NCBI GenBank assembly: GCA_951406725.2
Contig: OX597816.1
Coordinates: 103,106,001 to 103,170,000, forward strand
Source: Octopus vulgaris
Taxonomy: Eukaryota
Reading direction: 5' to 3'
DNA length: 64,000 nucleotides
The notes below the pieces were generated by a model. That model was not told the DNA's origin, did no database searches, and saw only the letters and a program-made list of their open reading frames with translations. The position numbers and the translations under genes were made by a program. Each line of letters opens with the position of its first letter. The first letter of the stretch is position 1. This document shows, piece by piece, positions 50,773 to 64,000 of this stretch.

Positions 50773-52524
50773 GTAAGTGAACTCCCCGACTTCTTATAAT
50801 TTTTATAAATTATTTTAACGGTGTATAATAACATCAAGTACTTTGATTGGAAAGCAGATAGCGTAATTAAAAAAAAATAATAATTAGGACAGAATTGACA
50901 CCACTATTGTATTTGCTGTTGTTTAACAATGCCAGCACTGCTTGGGCATATGTTTTATCAAAGACATTCTAACAGAAATCATCCCGTATTTTTTGTATAT
51001 GTATATATTCAGGACTATATTCACCAATATGTTTCCTTTTAAATGCTGTTTGGTGTAGGTGAAAGGAAGTTTGGTTACTCTTTCTAGGATATTGAGCGAC
51101 TTCAAAGAAGCACCCTCGTTTATGGTTAATTAAAACAAAACTAGCAAATAATTGTTCCATTTACAACTATCTCGTACTTCTAAAACTATCTCATACTTCT
51201 AAATCGAACATTATGATTATCTTTCAAGGTAGAAGAATTTCTTATCAATATTTATTATTAGAGAGTTAGTACCCATGTGGGTGTTCTATTTTAACTAAAG
51301 TACACGGCAAACAAAATACTTTCATTATTGAAACCATTTGTAACGGCATTATTTTCATGTACCCACGATACCATGTCAAATATATTGTATTTTTATGTCA
51401 TAAACTACATATATAAATAGTACTATATGTTTAAATAACGTTATTAATAGGAGAAATAAAATTAGCGAAAATCTGTCCACTAGTGGAAAACTTATTACGT
51501 TTATTTTTATATATTTTTTTTACATCCGTTTCGTGAGACATGTGTAAAAGATATACCAGAGATGGGTACAGTTAACATTTCGAACTTTAATGTTTGTAGT
51601 TTAGGACACTAAAATAATATTGTGAGAAAATGTTGATTGATAATTTTTTACGACGTTAGAATAACAATGTGGGAGAATAGAATTGTTATAGTAGTGAGTG
51701 ACAGTTAAAGCCATGACGAAATACTTTGCACTGTTTGATTACGTCCCTTTGTGCTCTGAGTTCAAATCCCATCGAAGTCAGCTTAGTATTTCATCCTTCG
51801 TTTTTTGAGTTTATAAAATTAAGTAATGTTCTCTATCCTAAGAGCTTTTTACCTATAATAAAAATCATTATTGTTGAGAAACTGCCTTTCGGTATTTATT
51901 CGGCTCTTTACATTCTGTGTTCAAATTCCACTGAGGTCGACTAGGCCTTTCCATCAATCAAATACTTGAGTCGATGGTATCGACTCGGCCCCTCTTCCCT
52001 CAAAATAGCTAGCCTTGTGCTTAGGTCAGAAACAATTATTATCAGGGCGGTGAGTTGGCAGCTCAAGAAATATATGACAGTCAAAGCTAATACATTAACA
52101 AGTATGGTTGCATGTTCAAGAAGTTTGCTTTGCAACCTCTTCATCCACATTTCGGATAAGGTTCTTTTACCATTTCCTTGAGTCAACCAAGAAAAATAAA
52201 ATTTGTTAGATGAGAAAGCTTTTGATCAGAGATGTTAGTGATGTAAAATCCTTAATATAACTGATCTTATTCTTTTGGGGATTTTGGAAATTTTTGATGA
52301 GTAAAAGTTTTAGCATTTTAATCCTTCTCTTACCATATAGGAAATATACCACCTTTGTTTCAATTAATTTTGAAAATAGTGAAAAATATATAAAAATAAT
52401 TTTTTTTATTCAGCTGATGAAAATATTTTAAGTTAGATCAATTGAATAATAGAGAATTTGTGTCAGAACTGAGAGTGGTCCCAGACAGATTGGTATCAAA
52501 AGGCTTAAAGTTCCATATACCTAA

Positions 52525-53090
52525 TATCATCATCATCATATAACGTCCGCTTTCCATGCTGCCTGGGTTGGATGGTTTGACAAGTCGGGAGGCTGCACCA
52601 GGCTGCAATCTGTTCTGGCAAGATTTCTACAGTTGGATGCCCTTCCTAATGCCAACCACTCCAAGAGTGTAGTGGGCCCTTTTTATGTGCCACCGGCATG
52701 GGAGCCAGTCAGGTGGCATTGGCATTGACCATACTTGAATGGTGCTTTTTACATGCCACCAGCATGGGAGCCAGTCAGGCAGCACTGGTATTGGCCATGA
52801 CAATGGTTTCACTTGGCTCAACTGGTCTCAAGCACAGCATATTGCCTTTTAAATGGGCCAGTTATGCAATGCTGGTGTCAGCCACAGCTCTGATCTCATT
52901 TGGCTTGCTGGTCTTCTCAAGCACAGTTAGGGAGTGGCATTTCCTCACACAGCTGTCCTCATCCATGCGTAACACATGACCATACCAGTACAGTCGTCTC
53001 TCTTGCATACCACTTGTGATGCTTCTTATGTCCAACTTTTCTCTCGAGGTGCTTACACTCTGTCGTGCATGCACACTGACATTACACATC
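52525..53090 (-). mobile_element. RTE LINE 3' fragment in RIOK3 intron 1
   Basis: ORF 52862-53089 (-) MCNVSVHARQSVS...ERRLYWYGHV plus the tail. Confidence 0.85.
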
Positions 53091-54515
53091 CTGATACCTG
53101 AAACTTTACAAAAAAGTATGTTGAAAGAATTCCATATTGAGCATCCAGGGATCGCAAGGATGAAAGCGCTTAAGCATAGTTATGTGTATTGGTTGAAAAT
53201 GGACAAGGAAGTTGAAAACGTAGTAAAAGGCTGCAGAGGATGTGCTCTGGCAGCAAAATTACCTACTAAAAAAATAGGAGCTTTGGCCAGAAGTAAAAAG
53301 TCCATGGTCAAGACTACATATTGATTTTGTGGGTTTGTTAAATGGTTATTACTAAGTTGACAGCTTTACAAAATGGCCTGCAATTGTTAAGTACAAAAGA
53401 CCAACCTCTGAAACGGTAATAAATTTTTGCACGAATTATTTGCAAGATTTGGCATCCCAGACATGATTGTATCTGATAATGGAACACAATTTGAGTCCAG
53501 TGAATTTAGAAATTCTGTGAATGTTCATGGTAGAACATAAAATGATAGCACCTTACCATCCTAGATCAAATGGCCAGGCAGAGTGTTTTGTGGACAAGAA
53601 AAGCAAACAAGGAAGTCACAGATGAAGTTGTTCTGCAGCAATTCTTAAGGGTATACAGGGTGATACCAAACCCCAATACACCAGTAGGAAGCTCACCAGC
53701 AGAATTGATGTTTGCAAGGAAGGTGAAATCAGTTTTTGATAAACTGTTACCTGGTGAGGAAAGAAAAAGTATCAGGAAAGACAATCCAAAATTTTTCAAA
53801 ATTGGTGATAAGGTGCACATAAGGTTGTATAAAAACGGAAAACAGAAGTGAGAAGAAGGCAAAATTACAAAGTACATAGGAAAAATGATGTATGGGTAAA
53901 AACAAAGAGGTATTGAAAAACATGGAAACCAATTGAAGAAGAGATGCATAGAAAATGAACCAGACAGATTAGAAAAACTTATGGAATGGCTGTATGACAC
54001 ATTCCAGGTACCAACACCGTTATAGGTGGTTGAACCCATGTGTATAAGTAGAAGAAAAAGAACAACACAGAGTTCCTACACGTAGATGCCAAAAGAAGAA
54101 ATATTAAGTTGTGTGGGGAATGCTTAAAAGGGAGGAGGGGTGAATAAAGTAAATTAAAAATTACTTGCTTCCCAAAGGAAAAAACAAAACTAAAAGGGAG
54201 ATGTAGTGAAAATGGCATTCCTTTCCCATATGACAAAGTGGTTGAACCAGCCACTATAAAGGTAGACAGTCAGTTGTTGTAGGAGGTCAGTAGTAGTAGT
54301 AGTCATATGAGTTCTCAGTTGGAGTCAGTGTCAATTACATGTTATATACAAGTTTGAGTTACTGTCTAGGTAAATGTTTCAGAGCTATCAGCGATAGCAT
54401 AATAGATGAGTCAAAGATCATAAGATGCAAGATACCGCCACAGCATAATAGTAGTGACAAGAATATTACAGTGCCGACAATAACATACAAGCGGATGAGG
54501 ATCCACGTTATAACA
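53090..54515 (+). mobile_element. Ty3/Gypsy integrase relic with polypurine tract and probable 3' LTR
   Basis: FHIEHPGIARMKAL..YVYW.....VKGCRGC (H2C2), PWSRLHIDF, FARFGIPDMIVSDNGTQF and PYHPRSNGQAE. PPT AAAAGGGAGGAGGGG (54126-54140) followed by TG. LTR end uncertain. Confidence 0.85.
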
Positions 54516-55139
54516 ATGACAAAAGTTGCTAATGAGAGTATGAAGATTTTATTAGAAATGAGAAAATAACAGGAAAATCAAAAAAAAAATAATATTTATC
54601 ACTCCCTGATTATTATACAAGTTTGATTGCTTTTAATTTGCATAATATATTGTAGTCAGTGATTCACTTGTTATTCTACTTCATGCTTTTTCTACTATAA
54701 ATGCTCCGTCTAATTTCACAAATTCACACAGGCCCATGTGTGAATATGCAGGTTATCTACAATTTTTAAAGGTTTTCAAGGGACAATGGGTTTAGTTTAT
54801 GCAAAAGCTACACATTTACAACATATTTGACACTTCTGTTTGAAAGTTACAAATGCACACAATAAGCATTATTATTCACATTCACTGCAAAAGTTCCTAA
54901 TGATCAATATTTCTTGTATTGTCATAAGAAAGCATCAACACACTTTGATCTGAATTTTCATTCTGTAAATTCAAATTATTTGTGTTTTGTTCCTTTTCGA
55001 TCAATAAATACACACATGCAGTGTTATAAGTAATTAGGCTAAAGTTGAATACTTGATACCTGTCATTAAGTTGAATATAAAACATAAAAGTGGAAAATAT
55101 GAAGTAGAATAATTAATAATGGAATAAGTGTAAATACAT

Positions 55140-55665
55140 TTAGTGTGGCACGTAAAAGGCACCATCCGACCGTGGCCGTTTGCCAGCTCCGTCTGGCAGC
55201 TGTGCTGGTGGCACGTAAAAAGCACCCACTGCACTCACAGAGTGGTTGGCGTTAGGAAGGGCATCCAGCCGTAGAAACATTGCCAGATAAGACTTCTGGC
55301 TTCCCAGACCCCAGTTGAACCGTCCAACCCATGCTAGCATGGAAAGTGGACGCTAAATGATGATGATGACACGAGCGTGATCGTTACCAACGTCGCTTCA
55401 CTGACGCCTGTGCTGGTGGCACGTGTAAAAAAGATTCGAGCGAGGTCGTTGCCAGTACTGCCTGACTGGTGCCTGTGCCGGTGGCACGTAAAAAGCACCC
55501 ACTACACTCTCAGAGCAGTTGGCGTTAGGAAGGGCATCCAGCTGTAGAAACACTGCCAGATCAAGATTGGAGCCTGGTGCAGCCATCTGGTTCACGAGCC
55601 CTCGGTCAAAATCGTCCAACCCATGCTATCATGGAAAGCGGACGTTAACCGATGATGATGATGAC
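55140..55665 (+). mobile_element. Two tandem RTE 3' tail fragments
   Basis: Each ends CCAACCCATGCTA.CATGGAAAG.GGACG...GATGATGATG (~55368 and ~55663). Confidence 0.85.
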
Positions 55666-56191
55666 ACATAGTGTATTATGTATATTGTAATCAAGAAAAG
55701 GAGAAAGTTTGGTTACCAGAATTTATAAACATAATACTTGTTCAGTATTTTGAGATAGGTAAGACAGCAGAATGTACTTTTGTAAAAAATAAGCAGAATG
55801 ACTTCAGCTTGTGTTAAATGATTTAGAAAGTAAGTCATATAAAAAAGAACAAATTTCAGAGCTTTAAGTGGTTAAGTGTTGCTTATAAAAAAAGCATATA
55901 TGCAAATACACATAGCATATTATATATATTGATGCCTGAGTTGTTTTAATGACAGTTTTATATATTTTGCACTACATATATTTTTTTTTTAACTAGATAC
56001 TGGCTCAGTATAGGTGAGGAGTATAGTCAAATGAGTTGATTACTGTATAGTACTAAGCTTATTTCATCAACCTAAATGTGAAGAAAAGCAAAGTTGATAC
56101 TGACTTGATTTGATCACAAAATACTATTGAGCATTTTATACCATTTCTATGAAATCATTGTCCTTTTTGTCAACTTAATACTCTTCATAAT

Positions 56192-56567
56192 ACTCTTTTA
56201 CTTGTTTGACTGTGGCCATGCTGGAGCACCACTTTTAGTTGAGCAAATCGCCCCCAGGAATTATTCTTTGTAAGCCCAGTACTTATTCTATAATCCTCTT
56301 TTGCTGAACTGCTAAATTACGGGGACGTAAACACACCAGCATCGGTTGTCAAGCGATGTTGGGACAAACACAGGATACACACACACACACATAAATATAT
56401 ACGACAGGTTTCTTTCAGTTTCTGTCCACCAAATCCACTCACAAGGCTTTGGTCGGCCCGAGGCTCTAGTAGAAGATACCTGCCCAAGGTGCCACGCAGT
56501 GGGGCTGAACCCGGAACCATGTGGTTTGTAAGCAAGCTACTTAAGACACAGCCACTCCTACGCCTAT
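56192..56567 (-). mobile_element. Family B SINE
   Basis: Homologous to 46712-47087. Confidence 0.85.
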
Positions 56568-56694
56568 AGTATAAACCTGCTTTAAAATATTTATTCATTA
56601 CGAAAAATACTTGCCATTTAATATACTTCTTCATGTCTATGATTTTAGACACTTTCAGCAATTTAATTTGTTTTTTTTTCTCTTTACTCTCCAG

Positions 56695-56879
56695 TGATTT
56701 TGATGAGCGTCTGGTTAATTTTATGGCCTCTAGCGCATGCAACTCTAATGCACAATCTGACAAAGAAATTCAAGAGGCTAATGACGAGCTATTAGCAAAG
56801 ATGTTACAACAACAGCTAGATGAAGAGGATAACAAACAAATTAAGTTAGAAGAAAGGAAATACAATGGTAACAATAAAG
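56695..56879 (+). CDS. RIOK3: RIOK3 coding exon 2
   Basis: Polypyrimidine tract plus CCAG acceptor. DFDERL...NDELLAKMLQQQLDEEDNKQIKLEERKYNGNNK matches SD.MLAQMLQ...EEKKFNG. Phases 2 in and 1 out are consistent. Confidence 0.9.
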
Positions 56880-57808
56880 GTAGTATGTTCTTCATAATTA
56901 GTTTTATTTCTAAAATGTGTATTCTGTTAACTGAGCTATGAGTTTTGTGATCTCTTCTATTTTTCCACCTTTATGCTTCCCTCAGCATTCAAATGAGCTC
57001 CTAATTATCTCTGTCTCTAAGCTGGTTGGAGTGTTGAAAAAAATGTACTTTGTGCTATTTGTTCTGGCTCTTTATCTCCTGAGTTCAAATCCTATCAAGA
57101 TCAGCTTCATCTTTCATCATTTTGAGATCGTTAAAATAAAGTACCATTTAAGTACTGGGGTTGTTGATACTCATTAACTTCTTCCTCTCAAAAATTGCTA
57201 GCCTTGTATCTAAATTAGGAACCTTTATTTTTTTTCTCCCTCTCCCTCTTTAGTAAAATTTCTTGCTTTGTGCCTGGCTTTCTCTCAGCTCAGTTTCAGT
57301 GAGGCAGACATCCACATATTTTCATTTGACAGTTTTGCTCAGAATTTGTTTTTGGTTTTAAACAACGATGAAAACCCAGTGATAATGAGAAGGAGACAGG
57401 AAAAGACACCCCACACATTTTCTAAACATACAAGTTGCATTTAACTGGTTGTGATTACTCCAAATTTCTAGTGTTTTTACAAGCATTGTGGACAATTGCA
57501 GTTTCTCTTCCATATTCTTTGGGATACATATACACCAGTTTGACAATTCATTGATTAAACCATAAGATAAAAAAATAAAATTAAAAAAAAACCATCCTGC
57601 TGGTTTAGAAATGAATGATCATCTTAGATAATGTAGTCTGAGATACACTATCTGATCCTATTCCCCAAGTGGAATAATCAGAACTGGAATGCTTTTGATC
57701 AAAGGTCTGCTCAATCATCTCTGACTTGGGGCCATAGTAACATCATCTGCAAACTATCTGAATTCAGTTGAAATTTTTATTAATTTTCCAATTTTTTTCT
57801 CTTTGTAG

Positions 57809-57934
57809 TTTCTATATCATATGAAAAGTATTGTTCAACACCTTTATCTGGTTATGAGGAATCTTATGACTTCTCAGATGATGATGAGAATAATAATTAT
57901 GATGGTTTCGGTGGCCGTAAAAAGACTGAATGGG
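57809..57934 (+). CDS. RIOK3: RIOK3 coding exon 3
   Basis: tttgtag|..VSISYEKY...DFSDDDE...KTEW G|gtaagt, matching KVSISFENY. Too short for the ORF track. Confidence 0.9.
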
Positions 57935-58635
57935 GTAAGTATTTTCAAAATTAGTTTCCTGTGTTTGAACACTGTTCTGTTGGCTCAGTAGTTTAATAAT
58001 GTTTTTTTTTTCAATATTTATTTTTATATTCTTTTAAAATCAGTAGAAGATGGTGAATAACAGCATTGCTGGCTACAGGTTTCCAATGGGCCAATACTAG
58101 ACCACTGCATTTCTAATGGTGAGAATGACAAGGGAGTGTCTCTAATTTAGCAAAGAACAAACATCTCAAGGGTTTTGTTCCTATTACTCTAACTTTTCAC
58201 TATTCTCACCAATCTTAATATCTTTCACCAATGAATATGAGCGAAAGATATACATACAAGACAGTAGTTTGGTGGAGTCATTAGAGTATTGGAAAAAATG
58301 CCTAGCAGTATTTGTTCTTGCTTTCTCTGATCTGAGTTCAAATCCTGCTATGGTCAACTTTGACTTTCATCCTTTTAGGGTCAGTAAAATATAGTTATAA
58401 TGCAGAGCAATAGATAAGCAGAACTGTTGGTGTTATATGAAATGGTTTGCAGTGTTTGTTCTGGCTCTTTACCTTCTGAATTCTTGGGTAGTATATATAA
58501 TCAGTTGCTCAGTATAATGCCACCATGTGATCCTTGTGTGCCTTTAATGGACTTCAGGTCCAGTTTCTAATCTGAAGATTATTTACATGCTTCTCATCAT
58601 TTGGGGTCATTGAGAATAATAAAGGTTTGTGAGTA

Positions 58636-58853
58636 CAGTAATCCCTCACCATATTGTGGTTCACCTATTACTGTTTATTATTTAAGCTTACGTCAATTCC
58701 TTCGTGGTATTGTTTTGCATTTATAATAAAATAAATGTATACAAATTATAAAAATTATTAAAAAAAATATACAGTTACTGTTTCTACTGTGTGGATTTTC
58801 ACCTGTCACTGGGGTTTTGGAACATAACACCTGCGATAGTCAAGGAATTACTG
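58636..58853. mobile_element. Tc1/mariner (Tigger/pogo-type) MITE
   Basis: TA-flanked, with imperfect TIRs CAGTAATCCCT / AGGAATTACTG. Confidence 0.7.
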
Positions 58854-59473
58854 TACTACCTTTCCCCTCTCTGACTGGACAGAAATATACACCATACATA
58901 CATACATACACATTTAACATTGGCTAAAACTCAAGAAAATTGATGCCTCGGCACGAACATAATGCTAATAATTGAAACTGGTAAAATATACAAGAATATG
59001 TAACCTATGACATATGGACAGTTTATGCTGGAAAAATACTTTTGTTTCAATAAGTTTAGCTGAATTTGCATTCATGTCCATTTTCTCTGAACTTTTGGTT
59101 TGTTCAGAGTGGTTTGTTCGTCATTATTTTTGATATCCTAGAATAAATTTAAAAAAAAAAAAGAGGTATCTTAGTGATTTATTAGTGTGCTACTAATGAT
59201 AGTAAATATATTGGAAATCTTTGTAGAGTAGTTAAAAACAGATAAGTATAAATGTTGATTATGACTCATTTAATTAATATTGATTCATAATTAAACTGGG
59301 AATCATGGGAATTTTATATTTCCTGCTTTTTATAATTCTGTTGCTCTCAACTATTATTTTAGTCAGTTTTGTATATATATATATATATATAAGTTTAACA
59401 TCTGTGAAATTTATATTTTTATACTTTTTCTAATTCTAAATATGTTATTCCCAACTCAGCCAATTTTTGCCTA

Positions 59474-60343
59474 TCTTACATATTAAAACTGAAAATGTAT
59501 ATATGTGTGTATCGGAATATCCTGATTTTGCGCCAAAATGGCTCAATTGATTTTTTTAAAACTTCACACACATGCACACTGCTTATGTGTCTGGGGAGGT
59601 TTTAAGTGTGAATTGATTCCAAAAAAATGTTTGGGTAAACAGTGGGGAGAGAATAGCATTTGGGCATGAGTGAATGGTGGGTGTAATGATTTTTAAGCTT
59701 CCAAGGGAAATAACCCATTTCCTCCTGGAAATAACCACCAAGGGAAATAACCCATTCATTTTCAATATGCTTATTTCTTAGTATTTGAACTATTTTAGTT
59801 ATTTTATCAATTTATCCAATACAACGCTTATACAAGTAAATAGTATTCTCCTAAACAATAGATTCATTTATTTTGGTTAGTGACTTATTCGCGCTGTTGA
59901 GGGTAATATGCTCTGGGAACGCACAAAAGCTTTTTTTCACAGTTAATTACTTTGATTTGTTATTATCTTATATCTGATTAGCCTGTTATTACATAACAGT
60001 TCATGATTTTAGTATACATACCTTATTAGTATTTCCTCCTAAAATCTATATATTCTGGGAATGTAGTAAAGCCCTTTTCGGGGCTATTTTATTTGAATTC
60101 TTACTATAGGGTAATCAATTTCATGTAATTACATAACTAACTTCACAATTTGGGTATTCATAACTTACTGGGAATTCCTAAAAACAAGATCCTTTGTAAG
60201 GCGGTTCTGTATTTTCAATAAATACGCAAAAACCATTTTAAGGGCTACATAATTTGTGTTGTTGTTACTGGATTAGCGAAACAATTATGAGAACAGAACC
60301 AAGGGATAAGCCTGCTTTCCCAGGAATTATCGGGTATGTCATC

Positions 60344-60386
<43 letters not shown>

Positions 60387-60741
60387 TGCTTATTATAGCC
60401 TCAGGCCAACCAAAACCTTGTGAGTAGATTTCATAGTTGGAGACTGAAAGAAGACTGTTGTATATATGTCTATATTTGTGTATGTGTGTGCATATGTCTT
60501 GTGTTTGTACCCCCACCATTGCTTGACAACTGATGTTGCTGTGTTTACATTCCCGTAACTTAGCAGATTGGCAAAAGACACTGATAGCATGAGTACTAGG
60601 CTTACAAAGAATAAATCCTGTGGATGATTTCTTCAGCCAACAGCGGTGCTCCAGCATGGGTGCAGTCACATAAAAGAAACAAGTAAAACAATAAATATCT
60701 ATGCCATTTTAATCCCGAGCAAGGCTGGGTATCTCTGCTAG
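59474..60741 (+). mobile_element. Non-autonomous Helitron-like sequence(s) with an inserted family B SINE (~60395-60690)
   Basis: 3' hairpin CCCGAGC-AAG-GCTGGG followed by CTAG|T (60738-60742). A second degenerate end CCC...CGGGTATGTCATCTA at ~60320-60345. A|TC start candidates at 59474 and 60342. Confidence 0.5.
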
Positions 60742-61480
60742 TTCTTTATAAATATGTAAATTTATTTCACCAATGTTTATTGCATTGTTATAGTAGTATC
60801 AGAGTTTAAAAATACAGTGATAATTTAGCTCTTAAATAATGTGGATAATTTTTATGATACTTATATATCAGTTCAGTGCATAGAAATATTGATTCTGTGT
60901 CATAGTTGATTGATGTATGATACTTGAAGTAATACATGGTATTGTTGAAATCAATGTATGATACTGTTCAAAGTCTATGATTTAGTTTAAAACAGTATCT
61001 GATATAGTTGTATATATCATGCGTATTTGTATGATATAGTTCAAACAAACATATATAGGTCATAACAATGTATGGTAGAATTCAAAGCAAGGATTTGTAT
61101 TGTTCAAATCTGTTTTCACATTGTGAAATGAAACATAATTTCAAACTTTTAGTACTAAACCACAAATTTTGAAAAATTGTTTCCAGTAATAAAAAAAGTG
61201 CTTCCAGTACTTGACTGGGTCTCAGTGGGAGTTGGCTCGATGTAGGGGAATGTAATTAAATACTCTAGGATATTTTGTTGAATACTCTATCAATTCTACC
61301 AACTACAGTATATGTTTTATGATGTAGCCATAAAATATACAATACTGTAAGGGCAGCTCTTACAGTTAGCTGCTGTAGCTTGAAATTTCTTTTTCTGCTA
61401 TTTTTATTTGTATTTAAATGATTTCATTACTTTTGTTGATGAAAACATTTAAAAATTCTATTGATTTTTAATTGCCTTAG

Positions 61481-61593
61481 AGATAACTCCTCCTGAAATT
61501 GGTCAAAGCGGCATCTCAGGGAAAGGTAAAAATATTACAACCAAGCACGATGCTGTGATTTGTGGGCGGAAAAATGCATCAAAACTTATTGAG
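61481..61593 (+). CDS. RIOK3: RIOK3 coding exon 4
   Basis: ccttag|..ITPPEIGQSGISGKGKNITTKHDAVICGRKNASKLIE|gtgag, the conserved GKGK.ITTKHD..CGRKN motif. Confidence 0.95.
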
Positions 61594-62007
61594 GTGAGAT
61601 ATTACTTTTCAGTTCTGAGATAATTCTTAATTGATTATGTTCCTAACCCTGACGAACAACGGGGTTCTTGCTGCCCATTTGATAACATGATGCTAGCGAC
61701 TATCTCTAATTTTGTAATACAAATCTTTGTTTTAAACTTTACCTATTTAAATCTAAGCCATCCATTATTCTTTTATATAAGAATCTTATATAAGTTATAT
61801 TTCAAACACTATCTTAATAATTAAAATTAATCAGCTAAATGCTTCAAACAGTTGATTATTTTCAAAATTGTAGGAAATGTATTTAATTAGAATTGTTATT
61901 ACCCACATATTTTCAAGGATATCATTTAATATATTGTCTTCAACATAGCTTGTATGTTCTGACATTGTTTCTTCTACTTAACAGTACCTTGTTAAATATT
62001 GTTTCAG

Positions 62008-62145
62008 TTTTCTGATAAGTCTGGTGATGGTGAAGGTATGAATTTAAAACTGCCAAACGATGTTTACAACCGGTTACGTGTGCACAGTTCTGCCATGAAT
62101 AAACGTTTCAACAAAGTCCATGAAAAGAAAGAACATTCTACAGCT
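62008..62145 (+). CDS. RIOK3: RIOK3 coding exon 5 (kinase domain lies beyond the window)
   Basis: tttcag|FSDKSGDGEGMNLKLPNDVYNRLRVHS...HEKKEHSTA|gtatgt. Phase 0 at both ends. Confidence 0.95.
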
Positions 62146-62174
62146 GTATGTAGCTTTTTTTTATCATTATTATT

Positions 62175-62400
62175 AAGGTGGTAAGCTGGCAGGATCGTTA
62201 GCATGCCATGCAAAATGCTTAGTGGCATTTCATCTGTCCTTATGTTTTGAGTTCAAATTCCACTGAAGAAAGCTTTGCCATTCATCCTTTCAGGGTCGAT
62301 GAAATAAGCACCAGTTATACTCTGGGGTTGATGTAATCGACTAGCTCCCTCTCTCCCAAATTTCAAGCCTTGTGCTTATAGTAGAAAGGATTATTATTAT
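62175..62400 (+). mobile_element. Family A SINE
   Basis: AAGGTGGTAAGCTGGCAGG head through CCTTGTGCTTATAGTAGAAAGGATTATTA tail. Confidence 0.8.
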
Positions 62401-62489
62401 TTATTTGAATTTGTCAGTGGAAGATGTTCGTTAAGGTCAGGAGATTTCAGAACAGTTCATAAGTGTGTATATATATATATAATATAATC

Positions 62490-63015
62490 ATTTAGCATCT
62501 GTTATCCATGTTGGCATTGGTTGGAAGGTTTGACCAAGCTTAGTAAGCTGAGAGGTTGCACCAGTTTGATTTGGCATGGTTTCTATGGCTGGATGCCCTT
62601 CCTAATGCCAACCACTCTGAGAGTGTAATGGGTGCTTTTATATGCTACTGGCACGAGTGCCAGTTGTGTTACACCAGTATCTGCCACAACTATGATTTCA
62701 CTTGGCTTGATGGGTCTTCTTCTCAAGCACAGCATATTGCCAAAGATCTTGATCACTTGTCATTACCTCTATGAGGCCCAGCACTTGAAAGCTGCTGTTT
62801 ACATGCCACCAGCATGGATACAAGTTATGCAACACTGGCATCAGCCACTTTGCTTCTGGGAGGCTCAATGTTTGAAAGGTGCTTTTTACATCACCCAGCA
62901 TGGGTACCAGTTATGTGACACTAACAATGGCCACAACTATCATTTCACTTAGATTGATGGGTCTTCTCAAGCACAGCATATCTCCAAAGGTCTCAGTCAC
63001 TAGTCATTGCCTCTG
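62490..63015 (-). mobile_element. Degraded RTE 3' UTR fragment
   Basis: GCTGGATGCCCTTCCTAATGCCAACCACTC and DLWQYAVLEKKT (ORF 62698-62901, -). Confidence 0.7.
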
Positions 63016-63072
63016 AAACCAGTCATGTCAATAAACATCTTTAAAAGACCTCTGCATTTTCAAACCCTCTTT

Positions 63073-63126
<54 letters not shown>

Positions 63127-64000
63127 CTTTTTGTAAAATATATAGAAAGAAATGCAATTTTCAAAGGCAAATTCACCTCAAAACCTGATACTCATTAACA
63201 GTGTTAGTCAAAATTCTTATAAAGTAAAACAAATGCTTCCTTACTGAAGATTCTTATGTAGGAACACAAGAGAAGGAGAGTAACTTATTCCTGCTTTTCA
63301 AACAAAAAAAGGCCTTTTCAAATGCCTTCAGTAGAACTTTAAAAGAAAACTGGGTTGACGTATAGAAGGATGTGATTCCATCAACCACAACAATATATGA
63401 CAATATCTGCTTGGTTTTCAAGATTGAGGATGAAACAAGACAATAAGCTCTTTGGTCTGCCTGGCAAGCTGCCCATAAGTTCATTATGATAATACACAGG
63501 GCAACACAACATATGGGTAAATAGTCAAGGTAATTAATAGTGACATTGTCTGTCTAGTTCAAAGTGATATTGATAGCATGAGTGCAGAGGTCAAGAGAAG
63601 TATGAAATCAGTATGAACTTAGAAGTTCAAATGACTACCCCTGTCACCATTACAAAAAAAAAACAAAAAAACACGGGACCACTCTGGAGCTGAGTCCTAC
63701 TATGGATACAAAAACAATACTAGTGGTGCAGAGCAGAAAGCCAAGCTGTTACACTTGTGGTTGTAAGAACCACTTGAAGCATCTGCAAAGAAATTTGGAT
63801 GATAAGCAGGTATGCTGCTCTTTGAATGTTCCTTTCCAACAGCTTGTCTCTCTGATGAAACTAGTCTTGAATTGTGTAAACTCCAAGCCTGGCATCTGGC
63901 ATCAGGAATGCTGTCAAGTGTTTATCACTGTTTATCAAGTTGAGCAATGTGGCCAGTAGAACTTTCCTCATTAGCACTCTCCAGAGAATTAGTAGTGGGG

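Noticed and set aside
63250-63810. CYTCGCKNH zinc-knuckle-like remnant
   Set aside because: Probably decayed LINE ORF1, but too fragmentary to call; not a RIOK3 exon.

Overview
AT-rich, microsatellite-laden animal genomic DNA, most likely from an octopus or other coleoid cephalopod (inferred from the repeat landscape and an effector-less tandem C2H2 gene). Two host genes are supported. One is a single-coding-exon C2H2 zinc-finger gene (22789-24066, +). The other is the first five coding exons of a RIO kinase 3 (RIOK3) orthologue (50555-62145, +; phase-consistent GT-AG introns; it continues beyond the window). The rest is mostly transposon debris: hAT/Charlie, piggyBac, mariner-type, Chapaev-like, Helitron-like, Ty3/Gypsy, RTE, L1/Tx1, CR1, CRE, R4/Dong-like and Penelope-like (Naiad-type) relics, plus two tRNA-derived SINE families. 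Two signals stand out. (1) A cluster of type I hammerhead-ribozyme motifs lies at 38-49 kb. One canonical-core motif sits at the tail of the Penelope-like element. Two CCGANGA-core motifs with a palindromic stem III sit in small non-coding inverted-repeat elements, and one of them has a ~90-nt stem II insertion. (2) About seven co-oriented, mutually divergent 3' fragments of an RLE retrotransposon are each embedded in (TACA)n/(CA)n tracts, suggesting microsatellite-targeted insertion. All family assignments come from motif recognition by eye, and repeat boundaries are approximate.
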